Positions 42,175-51,515 of a stretch of 64,000 nucleotides of DNA are shown here, piece by piece. The number at the start of each line of letters is the position of its first letter. Position 1 is the stretch's first letter. The notes below the pieces were generated by a model, which was given only the letters and a program-made list of their open reading frames with translations, did not search any database and was not told the origin of the DNA. The translations under genes and the position numbers were made by a program. The stretch is taken from sequence record NC_048048.2. One strand, written 5' to 3'.

Positions 42175-43121
42175 TGCTGGCCTCCCTCCTCGAAGACGTC
42201 ATCGAAGGCACGCGTCTGCGCGCCAGCCAGGGCGATTGTCCCATTCATGACGCCTACTCGGTCGAGTGGCTGGAGGACGCCCTGCTGACCCTGGTTGATG
42301 AGCGCGACGCGCTCAAGAAGCAGGTCGAGGACCTGTCGTTCGATCTCAGCCTAAAGAAGATTCGCATCGACTACCTGGAGGCCGTCGCGGCGTTCTCCAA
42401 GCCCGCCGAGACGGCCGTCCCCTTCGCCAATGTCCGCGACGACCTGCGCTTCAATGACCCGGTCGCCTACGACAACATGAACCGTGTCCAGGTCACCGCC
42501 AAGGACGCGGTGATTACCATTACGCCAGCCCCGGCGCCGCCGGCCAACGACACCACCTCGCCGATCTTCCAGAGCGGCTGCTACCTCTCGACCGACACCA
42601 TGGTCAGCAGCGAGCGCGACTTCCTGGGCTACACCGGTGGCATCGTCGTGGGCGAGGCGCCGGACCTGGGCCTTTCGCGGGGCGAACTGCGCCATACCGT
42701 GACCGATTGCGCCGCGCGGTTTGCCAGCGCCGGCCCGTTCCAAGGTTTCCCAGGCACGGGCGACTATCCTGTCCGTGATCTGTACGCCGTGGGCTTTTGC
42801 GATCCCGTCGTCTTCACCGGCGAGCCGGAAATCCCCGGCGAGGAATTCAGCGAAGCCACCAGCAACGTCATCGCCGCCATCGAGCGCAAGAAGCAGCCGC
42901 CCCTGACCCCCGAGGAAGAGGCCGACAAGCTGGCCCAGGCCGACGCCGCCGCCCTGGAGTTCGTCAAGGCCATGATGCGCCGGGAACTTCCGGTCGAGCG
43001 CTTGAAGACGGGCCAGCCGATGATCCCCACGCGCCCCGGCTATGGGATCGCCGTGGTCGACACGCCCTACGGCAACAAGAGTCGCGAGATGCGGGTCTAT
43101 CGCGGCGAGACGCGCGACTGA
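42174..43121 (+). CDS. Hypothetical protein (315 aa)
   Basis: TGATG overlap, typical codon usage. Confidence 0.8.
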   Translation: MLASLLEDVIEGTRLRASQGDCPIHDAYSVEWLEDALLTLVDERDALKKQVEDLSFDLSLKKIRIDYLEAVAAFSKPAETAVPFANVRDDLRFNDPVAYDNMNRVQVTAKDAVITITPAPAPPANDTTSPIFQSGCYLSTDTMVSSERDFLGYTGGIVVGEAPDLGLSRGELRHTVTDCAARFASAGPFQGFPGTGDYPVRDLYAVGFCDPVVFTGEPEIPGEEFSEATSNVIAAIERKKQPPLTPEEEADKLAQADAAALEFVKAMMRRELPVERLKTGQPMIPTRPGYGIAVVDTPYGNKSREMRVYRGETRD

Positions 43122-43645
43122 TGCTCTCTCAGCCCCTGCGTATCCAGGCCAGCGACAAGACGTGGCAGGCCGAGCATGCCGGCGCCCTGCTCTCGTCGGT
43201 CACCAATCTGGAACTGATCCTCAAGGCCGGCGAGGTCCCGAGCGTGACCCTTACGCTCGACACCCTGGCCGCCGGCACCAACTTCCTGGCCGAGGCCCGC
43301 TGGCGGTTCATCAAGGCCAACCGCGCCCTGCGGCTGGCCCAGGTCTACGGCAAGGCCCTGGCCGCCTCGGATGAGCCGCCGATCCTGCGGCAGGTGGAAG
43401 TCCTCAACACCGGCGGCGGCGCCGGTGACTGGATGGTCCGCTACCTCGACCGGACCGCCACCCCGCCGCTGCGCAAGGTCAAGGTCAGCGTTCGCGGCAA
43501 CCCACCGATCGTCGTCGCCGACCTCTGGGTCCAGGACGACATCATCGACCATGCCGATGACGCCACCCTGCGCCGTCTCTTCCCGCTCGACTTCGTCACC
43601 GAACTCTTGGGCGCCAACTTCCTGGAACTCGTCGATGCCGATTGA
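43121..43645 (+). CDS. Hypothetical protein
   Basis: TGATG overlap; start MLSQP. Confidence 0.75.
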   Translation: MLSQPLRIQASDKTWQAEHAGALLSSVTNLELILKAGEVPSVTLTLDTLAAGTNFLAEARWRFIKANRALRLAQVYGKALAASDEPPILRQVEVLNTGGGAGDWMVRYLDRTATPPLRKVKVSVRGNPPIVVADLWVQDDIIDHADDATLRRLFPLDFVTELLGANFLELVDAD

Positions 43646-44120
43646 GCAACGCTACGCCATCCTCCGTGAGCCCGAGCCGTCGTTCGAGGAGGAAAAGGAG
43701 CGCAACGCCCGCAAGATGGGCAAGGCATGGCGCTGGCAGACCCAGCGCCTCCACGACAAGGACGCCGGCGTGGAGGGCAACTGCACCACCGTGGCCCTGG
43801 CCAGCCTCCTGGCCATGCCGGTCAGCCACGTGCCCGACTTCATCACCCTCTATCCCGACGCCGGCGAGTTCTGGTTCGCGATTGAGCGCTGGGTGGCCGA
43901 GCAAGGCTACCACCTGCAAATGATGCGCAAGGAATTTGCCCCCAGGACCCTCTATCTGGCCTCGGGACCCTCGCCGCGCGACGCCGAACTGTCCCACATG
44001 GTCGTGATGCAGGACGGCAAGCTCTATCACGACCCTCATCCGTCGGGCGCGGGCATCACCGAGGTCAAGCACGTGTGGATTCTGCTGCCGACCGACCCCG
44101 GCAAGCTGCGAATCTTCTAA
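43635..44120 (+). CDS. Papain-like (C39-type) peptidase-fold protein
   Basis: NCTTVALASLL ... HMVVM...LYHDP fits a Cys-His-Asp triad order. Confidence 0.5.
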   Translation: MPIEQRYAILREPEPSFEEEKERNARKMGKAWRWQTQRLHDKDAGVEGNCTTVALASLLAMPVSHVPDFITLYPDAGEFWFAIERWVAEQGYHLQMMRKEFAPRTLYLASGPSPRDAELSHMVVMQDGKLYHDPHPSGAGITEVKHVWILLPTDPGKLRIF

Positions 44121-44133
44121 AAATCAACAAGAG

Positions 44134-44562
44134 ATGACGAAAATGGCCCTTCCCGACCCTCAGAATGTCGGCCACATGCAGATGGTCGCCCATCTCGCCG
44201 ACGAAATGGCCAAGATCACGGCCTTGAGCGACCGCCACGATCCGAACGACCACTATCCGCCCAAGGGCACGCCCGACGGCTGTCTGATCCTGGCGCTGTC
44301 CTGCGACAATTTCACCGTCCTGGGCCACACCGGGCGCTATCTGCACGCCATGATCAACTGCGCCGGCTTCAACGGCGAGGAACTGGGCCTGGAGGGCGTA
44401 CCCGACGAGCCCGGCTATTGGGTCTGCGAGAACGGCTCGGTCAATGCCGGCACCGACAGCTACACCGGCGAGGGCTATGCCGAGATGTACGGCGACTGGC
44501 GCCCGGCGCGCCGCGAGGACTTCGAGCACTACGGCGTCGACCTGCCGGCGATGCTGCTCTGA
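44134..44562 (+). CDS. Hypothetical protein
   Basis: Operon-packed. Confidence 0.75.
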   Translation: MTKMALPDPQNVGHMQMVAHLADEMAKITALSDRHDPNDHYPPKGTPDGCLILALSCDNFTVLGHTGRYLHAMINCAGFNGEELGLEGVPDEPGYWVCENGSVNAGTDSYTGEGYAEMYGDWRPARREDFEHYGVDLPAMLL

Positions 44563-45260
44563 TGGGCGGCTATGCCCCAAGGCCCGCGAAACGCGCCCGC
44601 CTGCGCCCTTCGCCGCCCAACTTCAAGTCCGACTACGCGCGCCACCGCGAGAAGGAGGAGCGCATCGCCGCCAAGGTTGGCGGCGAGCAGGAGTTGAAGC
44701 GCCTGCTGCGCGAGCAGGAGGAAAAAGGCCCTTTCGCCGTCCTTTGTCAGGACGTCCAGACCGGTCGTTACCACTTCCTGTCCGCTGTCGAGCACCAGCG
44801 GCAGACCAGGGCCTATTTCCAGCCCAAGATCGCCGAGTCGATCGACAGCCTGAACGACATCATGGGTATGCTGACGCCGTCGGTCGCCAGCACCGCGCCC
44901 AGGACCGCCACCTCCAGCCTCTATGCCGAGGTCCAGGCCCTGCCGGTGGGCGGCCGGATGGTCATCGACGACTTCAAACGCAAGCCTCAGGAACTGGGGC
45001 CGAACGTCAAGGTCGTCTACGACGCCTCCATCGACGCTCACATCGTCACCAAGCTGCCACCTTCGCCGTTCCTGTCCGTCGACAAGCCGCCCAGGCCGGC
45101 CAAGCAAGGACCGACCGGCCCCCTACCGCCGGTGACGATCGAGCAAAAGGTCAAGGACGGGCCATCGCCCTTCTGGTGCCGGGTCATCGAAATCGTCGGT
45201 GTCCTCCTGGGAAGTGTCATCGGCAGCGCCATCTACCACACCATCACCGGGCCGTCCTAA
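44562..45260 (+). CDS. Hypothetical protein with C-terminal TM helix
   Basis: TGATG overlap; start MGGYA. Confidence 0.75.
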   Translation: MGGYAPRPAKRARLRPSPPNFKSDYARHREKEERIAAKVGGEQELKRLLREQEEKGPFAVLCQDVQTGRYHFLSAVEHQRQTRAYFQPKIAESIDSLNDIMGMLTPSVASTAPRTATSSLYAEVQALPVGGRMVIDDFKRKPQELGPNVKVVYDASIDAHIVTKLPPSPFLSVDKPPRPAKQGPTGPLPPVTIEQKVKDGPSPFWCRVIEIVGVLLGSVIGSAIYHTITGPS

Positions 45261-45275
45261 GGGCGGCCCTTTCCA

Positions 45276-45362
45276 TGTCACGCGCCGTGACACGAGACGC
45301 CGGAAAGATTCATGCGCAATTTTTCTTGACCTGTGACGCGCAGCATGACATGACATGGTTAA
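45276..45362 (+). promoter_or_regulatory. Class II promoter with TGTCACG-N3-CGTGACA palindrome
   Basis: Palindrome 45276-45292; TTTTC-TTGACC at 45326; GGTTAAC downstream. Confidence 0.5.
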
Positions 45363-45376
45363 CGCAAGAGGTTGCC

Positions 45377-45970
45377 ATGTCCCCCGACGACACGAAACGC
45401 CAGATCGACGCTCTCTTTAAGGAGCCGATCGCTTCCTACCCCATTTCCTCGGCCTTCTACCGCACCACACCGGCGAAGATCGCGGCCGATGACCTGATCG
45501 TCATCGACGAAGCCCCGCCGCTGGGTTTCACCGAGGCGCTGCTGCACGGCGCCGAGGCGGTCATCCCGCTGTCGCGCAGCCGGGCCATCCCGATCGAGGC
45601 CTATCAGGGTCCCCTGCCCGAGAACGGTCCAGGCCGCATCATCGACGGCGGGACCGTCGAGATGTTCGTCAACACCCTGGCCGTCTACGACAGCGCCACC
45701 GATCCGGGCGCCGGCAGTCAGAGCGAGCCGGAATACTTCCTCGATCAGGTCCATCCCGGCGGCATCTGGTACCTGATCCCCGACGCTGATCGTCTGGCCT
45801 GGAACGACTACTGCGCCGTCGTTGAGCCGATCTACCGCCGCTACATCGACGAGCACATCGAACTGTCGGCCGAGGAAGAAGACCTCGTGGCCACGCCCTC
45901 GTTCGCCAAGCCCTTGCTGGCCCATCCGCGCTGGACGGTCTTCAAGTCGCCCCGCCAAAAGTTCTCCTAA
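45377..45970 (+). CDS. Hypothetical protein
   Basis: GAGG RBS; start MSPDD. Confidence 0.75.
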   Translation: MSPDDTKRQIDALFKEPIASYPISSAFYRTTPAKIAADDLIVIDEAPPLGFTEALLHGAEAVIPLSRSRAIPIEAYQGPLPENGPGRIIDGGTVEMFVNTLAVYDSATDPGAGSQSEPEYFLDQVHPGGIWYLIPDADRLAWNDYCAVVEPIYRRYIDEHIELSAEEEDLVATPSFAKPLLAHPRWTVFKSPRQKFS

Positions 45971-45984
45971 CACAGGCCTCACCA

Positions 45985-46263
45985 ATGCCCAAGATCGCCA
46001 AGACCTATGCCGAATTCGCGGCCGAAGATCGAGACCTGATCGCCGGCGGCCTCAACCCGGTCGCCCGCGAGCGCTTCGTCGCCGGCAAGCTGAGCCTGGA
46101 AGTCATCGAGTTCCGAGGCGAAGGCGTCCGCTCGATGGAGCGCGAGATCGCCGAGAAGAAGCGCCAGGGCCTGCCGGTCAAGGAAGACCTCGAAGCCCTG
46201 GCCTTCGCCAAGAAGTGGACGGCCGAGCCGATCGTCGTCATCCCGACCGATCTGGCCGCCTGA
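45985..46263 (+). CDS. Small hypothetical protein
   Basis: Operon-packed. Confidence 0.75.
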   Translation: MPKIAKTYAEFAAEDRDLIAGGLNPVARERFVAGKLSLEVIEFRGEGVRSMEREIAEKKRQGLPVKEDLEALAFAKKWTAEPIVVIPTDLAA

Positions 46264-46481
46264 TGATCGACTACGACCTCCGCCAGCAGCACGATGAGTG
46301 GGGCAACAACCCCGCCCTCCTGTCGGCGGAGGATCGCAGCGCCATCGACCTTGGAGCCTGGAAGCGGGCCGGTCACGAGACCCTCTGCGAGACCTGCGAC
46401 CGACCCTACTGGAAACACCCCGAGGTCATCGGAGCCCTCTGGCTTCATCGCCTCTGCGACAACACCCTGGTGAAGCTATGA
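46263..46481 (+). CDS. Small Cys/His-containing protein
   Basis: CETC...H...C motif; TGATG overlap. Confidence 0.7.
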   Translation: MIDYDLRQQHDEWGNNPALLSAEDRSAIDLGAWKRAGHETLCETCDRPYWKHPEVIGALWLHRLCDNTLVKL

Positions 46482-46726
46482 GCAAGATCAACGGCCCCTT
46501 CTGGGCTGTCACCTACAAGACCGAAAGCGGCGACGAGGGCTTCTACGGCATCTTCAACGAGGAGCCGACCGACGCCCACTTCCTGGCCTTCGCCCTGGAG
46601 GATTTCTCCGAGGAAGTAATCGAGGAAGAAGACGACGAGGGCGGCGTTACCCGCACGCTCTACATCTACTTCACCGCCCACGAGGTCGAAAGCATCGTCG
46701 ACCTGCCCGACCCGGTGGAGGACTGA
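46478..46726 (+). CDS. Small acidic protein
   Basis: ATGA overlap. Confidence 0.7.
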   Translation: MSKINGPFWAVTYKTESGDEGFYGIFNEEPTDAHFLAFALEDFSEEVIEEEDDEGGVTRTLYIYFTAHEVESIVDLPDPVED

Positions 46727-46728
46727 TC

Positions 46729-47040
46729 ATGGTGGACATCCCCACCGCCGCCTCGGTCCTGGCCCTGGTGCCCGGCGTCTCTTTCGAGACCTTCAGCCGC
46801 ACCATCGTCAACCAGATCACCACAGCCGCCAACAGCGGCCGGCGTGAGATCACCATCATGAACAACGCCGTCAAGGGCAACCTCGTGGCCGATTATGTGA
46901 AGGGCGCCACCACCGGCGACGACATCGTCGCCAAGCTCATGCGCGAGTTGGCGGCCAAGGGCTACAAGATCACCCGCCACAGCGAGGACTATCGCGATCA
47001 GCGCGACTACTCGCCGGCCTACATCTCCATCTCCTGGTAG
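46729..47040 (+). CDS. Small hypothetical protein
   Basis: Operon-packed. Confidence 0.7.
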   Translation: MVDIPTAASVLALVPGVSFETFSRTIVNQITTAANSGRREITIMNNAVKGNLVADYVKGATTGDDIVAKLMRELAAKGYKITRHSEDYRDQRDYSPAYISISW

Positions 47041-47044
47041 CGAC

Positions 47045-47260
47045 ATGGCCCACCCCGACGACATCGTTGCCTGTCCCTACTGCACCTCGATCAACACCGA
47101 GGCGCATTTCGAGGACCATCCCGGCGGCTTTGGCGGCCACATCCAGGTCGGCCCCTACTCGTGCTTCGAGTGCGACGCCGTCGAGATGAGCCCGTACGAG
47201 GACTACCCCGAGGCTACGGCCGAGGAGAAGCAGAAGTTCTGGCTGCGGGGGACGGTCTGA
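47045..47260 (+). CDS. Small Zn-ribbon protein
   Basis: CPYC...CFEC. Confidence 0.7.
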   Translation: MAHPDDIVACPYCTSINTEAHFEDHPGGFGGHIQVGPYSCFECDAVEMSPYEDYPEATAEEKQKFWLRGTV

Positions 47261-47523
47261 TGATCCAGGTCACCGAGCCCAACCGTAAGGTCACCTACCT
47301 CAACCCCGACTACATCGTGGCGGTCAATCGCTACGACGCGACCGAGGACGACACGGCGATCATCATCCGAGGCTGGGACGGATACCTGAGGGTCAGCGAA
47401 AGCGTCATCGACGTGACTCGCATGATCCGCGCCTCGCGCAAATACGGCGACCACTACGACTTCGTCTTCATCGACAAGGGCGTCCTGAAGGCCGAGCGCG
47501 ACGAGCGCACCACTGTACTGTAA
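47260..47523 (+). CDS. SwrD/flagellar-FlbD-family-like protein (family B)
   Basis: MIQVTEPNRKVTYLNPDYIVAV...DTAIII..G.LRVSESVIDV fits the PF06289-type pattern from memory. Confidence 0.65.
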   Translation: MIQVTEPNRKVTYLNPDYIVAVNRYDATEDDTAIIIRGWDGYLRVSESVIDVTRMIRASRKYGDHYDFVFIDKGVLKAERDERTTVL

Positions 47524-47537
47524 CCGGAGTACCCCGC

Positions 47538-47969
47538 GTGACCACCATCGCTTTTCGCGACGGCGTCCTGGCCGCTGACCGCCTCATCACCGATCGAGGC
47601 GCCCGGCTGGGCTACAAGACCAAGATTGTCCAGCGCAAGGGCATCTTGGCCTGCGGCGCGGGGTCGACCATCGTGTGCCGCGAGTTCACCGACTGGTTCT
47701 TGAAGGGCATGAAGGGCTCGCCGCCCTCGATGCGCCTGCATCCCGATCGGCCGGCCTCCGAGTGCGTCATCTACTTCGCCAAGGACCGGTTCCTGACCTT
47801 CGACGGGGACGGGATCGCCGAGGTGGAGGCTGAGTACCACACCCTCGGTTCCGGCGCGGCCTTCGCCAAGGGCGCTATGGCCGCCGGAGCCGACCCCGTC
47901 AGGGCCGTCGAGATCGCCATCCAGTTCGATCTCTACAGCGGTGGCGACATCCAAACCTACAAGCTCTGA
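47538..47969 (+). CDS. Second HslV/proteasome-beta-like Ntn hydrolase
   Basis: MTTIAFRDGVLAAD, TKI, LGSGAAFAKGAMAAGAD; aligns over its full length with 764-1204. Confidence 0.75.
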   Translation: MTTIAFRDGVLAADRLITDRGARLGYKTKIVQRKGILACGAGSTIVCREFTDWFLKGMKGSPPSMRLHPDRPASECVIYFAKDRFLTFDGDGIAEVEAEYHTLGSGAAFAKGAMAAGADPVRAVEIAIQFDLYSGGDIQTYKL

Positions 47970-47978
47970 GCCCTCCTC

Positions 47979-48776
47979 ATGCCCGCCTGCATCGTGATCC
48001 GTCCCAAGCCCAAGGACGGCAAGCCCGCCCCGAAGCTGAAGGCCTATACGGTCCTGGAGACCTGTGAGAGCACCGGCGGCATCGTCTTCGCCGCCCACCA
48101 TGCCGTGGCCCGCCGCGCCGGCGCCAACGAATGGGGCGACGGGGATTGGGACTATGTCGAGTGTCATCGCTCGCCGCAGTACGACGATCTCGGCCCCGAG
48201 GGCGTCAATGATCTCGTCCTCTGGCGCAACGGCTGGTGGTTCGAGTGCGCCTGCGGCCGGCGCATCGACAGTGACTTCGAGTGGCAGAACGCCGACATGG
48301 TCTGGAGCGCCAAGCACGGCGAGTTCATCGACCGCGAACACAAGACCAAGCGCCTCTACTGCGCGCCGGTCCTCAAGGAACCGATCCTCCACGGATCGTG
48401 CCTCTACTGCTCGCCCTGGTGTGCAATGAACCGCCGCAACTGGGAAGCCGGCCGCGAGCGCGACAGGAAGCTGGCCCTGACCATGGCGCGCCTGTCGGGC
48501 ACCCTGGAGGGCTGCGAAATTCTCGGCGCCAGGAAAACCACCGAGGCGGTGGAGACCGGCGAGATCAAGGTCGTCGAGGGCTGGGGCGGCCGGCAACGCG
48601 AAGTCAAGGTGACCAAGGACGTCCACGTCTACCACGTCGCCTTCAAGTTCCCAGGCTGCCTCTACCCAGGCGACTGGAAGCACAACGACCCAACCAAGGT
48701 CTACCTGTCGAGACTCGACGTGGAGGCTTGGTGCCAATTCAAGGGAAAGCCCTACGATGCGGAACTATATGGATGA
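47979..48776 (+). CDS. Conserved phage hypothetical, Cys/Trp-rich
   Basis: LKAY.V...GIVFA..VARR.GANE and GWWFEC.CGRRI motifs. Confidence 0.8.
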   Translation: MPACIVIRPKPKDGKPAPKLKAYTVLETCESTGGIVFAAHHAVARRAGANEWGDGDWDYVECHRSPQYDDLGPEGVNDLVLWRNGWWFECACGRRIDSDFEWQNADMVWSAKHGEFIDREHKTKRLYCAPVLKEPILHGSCLYCSPWCAMNRRNWEAGRERDRKLALTMARLSGTLEGCEILGARKTTEAVETGEIKVVEGWGGRQREVKVTKDVHVYHVAFKFPGCLYPGDWKHNDPTKVYLSRLDVEAWCQFKGKPYDAELYG

Positions 48777-49299
48777 TGACGAAGATGATCTGAGCTTTGG
48801 CGGGGCAATTCGCCCCTTCAAGCAAAAGGTCGCCAAGATCAAGAACGGGGCCAAGCGCCGAGCCTACGAAAAGTACATCAAGAAAGACTACGAACTCAAG
48901 AACATCGCTCCGATCTGTATTGAGTGCGGCAGTCTGGCGACCCTGGTGGCGGGCGATATCGCCTATCCCAACAAGCCCGAGTTCCGTCGCGAGCAGGCCT
49001 ATCTATGCCAGTGCGGCGGGCGCGTGCGCTGCCATCCGGGCACCACCATCGCCCAGGGCTATCCGGCCAACCACAAGACGGCCGAGGCGCGCTGGAACAC
49101 CCACAACGCCTTCGACGCCCTGTGGCGCGACGGCCCGTTCACGCGGTTCCTGGACGCCCGCTCCCGCGCCTATGCGTGGCTGGCGGCCGAACTCGAACTC
49201 GATCTCGACGACTGCCACATCGGCATGTTCAACGCCAAGACCTGCCAGCGCGTCCAGACGCTCTGCGCGGTCAAGGCCCGCGAAGGAAACCTGCATTGA
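48757..49299 (+). CDS. DUF3268-like zinc-finger protein
   Basis: CIECG...YLCQCG..V.CHPGT...H.AFDALW...RAYAWLA...CHIGMF. Confidence 0.75.
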   Translation: MRNYMDDDEDDLSFGGAIRPFKQKVAKIKNGAKRRAYEKYIKKDYELKNIAPICIECGSLATLVAGDIAYPNKPEFRREQAYLCQCGGRVRCHPGTTIAQGYPANHKTAEARWNTHNAFDALWRDGPFTRFLDARSRAYAWLAAELELDLDDCHIGMFNAKTCQRVQTLCAVKAREGNLH

Positions 49300-49487
49300 C
49301 CACCGACTGGCGCCGGGTCTCCTACATCGAAGAGACCCTCAAGAAGATGGGCGATCTGACCCTGCGTGAGATCGCCGAGTGGATCGACGATCTCACGGTC
49401 CAGGTCGATCACCTGGAGGCCGAGAACGCCCGGCTCGCCAACGAGATCGACGATCTGGAAACCCAGATGGCTGGAGAAGACCTGTGA
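49296..49487 (+). CDS. Small coiled-coil protein
   Basis: TTGA overlap. Confidence 0.6.
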   Translation: MTTDWRRVSYIEETLKKMGDLTLREIAEWIDDLTVQVDHLEAENARLANEIDDLETQMAGEDL

Positions 49488-49933
49488 TCGAGAGCCCCTA
49501 CGAAGACCGCGTCAAAGAAGTCCTGAGCGCCAACACCGCCTGGGAGTTGGCCGAGCTTTTCATGGTCATCTCCGAGGAGAACGCCAAGCTGCGAAGCGAG
49601 TGGCGCGCCCTGATCGCCGAAAATCAGGCGACCCTGGCCGACAGCGCCCAGGCCATCAAGGTCTTGGTCGATGAACGCGACGAAGCGCGCGCCGCCCAGG
49701 CCCTGGCCGAGGAGAAATACGCCAAGCTGGCCGAGGTCGCCGGCGGACAGAACCTCGATGAGCAGATCAGGCGCGCCAAGTTCCAGCGCGAGATGGACGG
49801 GCTGCGTAAGGCTCTGGGCGAAGCCAGGGCCTGGGCTTTGAAGGAAAGACTGATCGAACCGGACGAGTCGGCCTTGGACATCATCGCTCGGCTCGGAACC
49901 GACGCCTTCGTTCACTACGGGACCAAGCCGTGA
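49484..49933 (+). CDS. Coiled-coil protein
   Basis: GGAGA RBS, GTGA overlap. Confidence 0.7.
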   Translation: MIESPYEDRVKEVLSANTAWELAELFMVISEENAKLRSEWRALIAENQATLADSAQAIKVLVDERDEARAAQALAEEKYAKLAEVAGGQNLDEQIRRAKFQREMDGLRKALGEARAWALKERLIEPDESALDIIARLGTDAFVHYGTKP

Positions 49934-50259
49934 AGCCAGACCCGCGTCAGATCGAACCGACCGACATCTTTCCGGCGACTTTTCTGGCGGCCTCGGGGCG
50001 GTTCTTCCCCTGCACCATGATGTCCTACGCCTTCGACGGCGCCGCGCCCGACGAGGTGCTGATCGAGGCTTCCAAGACGATCCACGCCAAGGTCCACGAC
50101 TGGATCACCGCCCAGATCGTCGAACACGACTGCCACTGCGCCTGGGTCCGCGTCGTCGGAGATCAGGTCATGCAGGACCACCCCTGGCTTCTGGTCAGGT
50201 TCACCCAACCGGCCGTCCAGGCCGCTTTCACCCAAGACTTCAAGGACTACCTCCGTTGA
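49930..50259 (+). CDS. Hypothetical protein
   Basis: GTGA overlap. Confidence 0.7.
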   Translation: MKPDPRQIEPTDIFPATFLAASGRFFPCTMMSYAFDGAAPDEVLIEASKTIHAKVHDWITAQIVEHDCHCAWVRVVGDQVMQDHPWLLVRFTQPAVQAAFTQDFKDYLR

Positions 50260-50456
50260 GCAAGATCATCTCCTTCCAGGACGTCACCAACGAACTCGGC
50301 AATCGCATCTCGCTGTCGGTCGTGCTGAACGACGACGCCACCCTGACCGTCAAGGTCGCCGGCCCCGACAGCGAAAGCACCAACACCCTGACCCCGGTCG
50401 AGTTCAAGGCCCTGGCCGGCGTGCTGCGCACCGCCCTGCCGTCGATCACCTTCTAG
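50256..50456 (+). CDS. Small hypothetical protein
   Basis: TTGA overlap. Confidence 0.7.
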   Translation: MSKIISFQDVTNELGNRISLSVVLNDDATLTVKVAGPDSESTNTLTPVEFKALAGVLRTALPSITF

Positions 50457-50468
50457 GAGCCCGCGCCG

Positions 50469-51017
50469 GTGGACGTCGAGGCCTACAGGAAAGCCATCCA
50501 CGAGGCCACCCACCGGCGGCTTGCGCTGGAAAACCCTTGCCGCGAGTGCGGCGCCCTCGGGACCCTCAAGATCGAGGGCTCCGAGGACAGCGAGGGCTAT
50601 TACCGCTGCAAGCCTTGCGAGGCCTGCGCTGGCAAGGGCTGGATCAAAAAGCCCCTGGCCGAGGTCATGGCCATGCGCTTTGGCCCCGAATGGCCCACCG
50701 TCCTGACCCCGCGCCAGAAGCTGATGGCTCTGGAGAACCGCTTCTACAGCCGCCAGACCTGGACGCCCAAAGCCGGCGATCTCTACACCACCTCGCGAGC
50801 CGATTATGAGCTATACGAGATCGTCGACATCGACACAGACGACCACACTACCCACCGACGTATTCGCACACGCTACCGGGCAAAACCGGACGGCCCGATC
50901 TCGGAGTGGTTCGCGCACGAATTCCTCTCCGAGCACACCTTTGGCTACGCCCGGACCCACGTACCCAATTGGATTTTCGCCGTTCCCGAGGGGCCAGCAC
51001 AGGGTCTGGCCGGGTAA
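50469..51017 (+). CDS. Hypothetical protein with DnaJ-like CxxCxGxG zinc repeats
   Basis: CRECGALG ... CKPCEACAGKG; AGGAG RBS. Confidence 0.7.
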   Translation: MDVEAYRKAIHEATHRRLALENPCRECGALGTLKIEGSEDSEGYYRCKPCEACAGKGWIKKPLAEVMAMRFGPEWPTVLTPRQKLMALENRFYSRQTWTPKAGDLYTTSRADYELYEIVDIDTDDHTTHRRIRTRYRAKPDGPISEWFAHEFLSEHTFGYARTHVPNWIFAVPEGPAQGLAG

Positions 51018-51039
51018 GTTCGCCCCCTTCGAGCGCGGC

Positions 51040-51498
51040 ATGTGCCGCTGGTGCGGCGCCGTCATCCTCCGGGCCGACGGCTCGGTCAACAAGCGCAAGC
51101 AGTTCTGCGATCGCCACTGCGTCCACGAATTCCTCCTGAGGACCGACCCGACCCGCTGGCGCAAGAACACCTACAAGGAGTCGATGGGCATCTGCCACCG
51201 GTGCAGCGAGGTCTTCGACTACTACGAGGACGACGGATGGGAGGCCGATCACATCGTGCCGCTCTACCACGCCCACCGGATCGGGGACTGGACCGCCTGG
51301 GACCCAGAGAACCTCCAGCTTCTCTGCATCCCCTGCCACAAGGACAAGACGCAGGAAGACTACGCCACCTACGGCCGGCCCTGGCTGGGTGAAAGCCCTG
51401 ACGTCCTGCCCGACAGCGACGTGCCCCACCCCGACGACCTGCCCGACTTCGGCGAGGAAGACGAGATCGACTTCGACGCCGATGAAATCCCGTTCTAA
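51040..51498 (+). CDS. HNH endonuclease with acidic SSB-like tail (start uncertain)
   Basis: CRWC..FC...C, CHRC, WEADHIVPL, NLQLLCIPCHKDKT; ends DFDADEIPF. Confidence 0.8.
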   Translation: MCRWCGAVILRADGSVNKRKQFCDRHCVHEFLLRTDPTRWRKNTYKESMGICHRCSEVFDYYEDDGWEADHIVPLYHAHRIGDWTAWDPENLQLLCIPCHKDKTQEDYATYGRPWLGESPDVLPDSDVPHPDDLPDFGEEDEIDFDADEIPF

Positions 51499-51515
51499 GA
51501 CAAAGACTTAAAGCC

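Noticed and set aside
50806-51039. Longer 230-aa version of the HNH ORF
   Set aside because: The extension overlaps the upstream gene by about 210 nt and is low-complexity; the true start is probably near 51000-51040.
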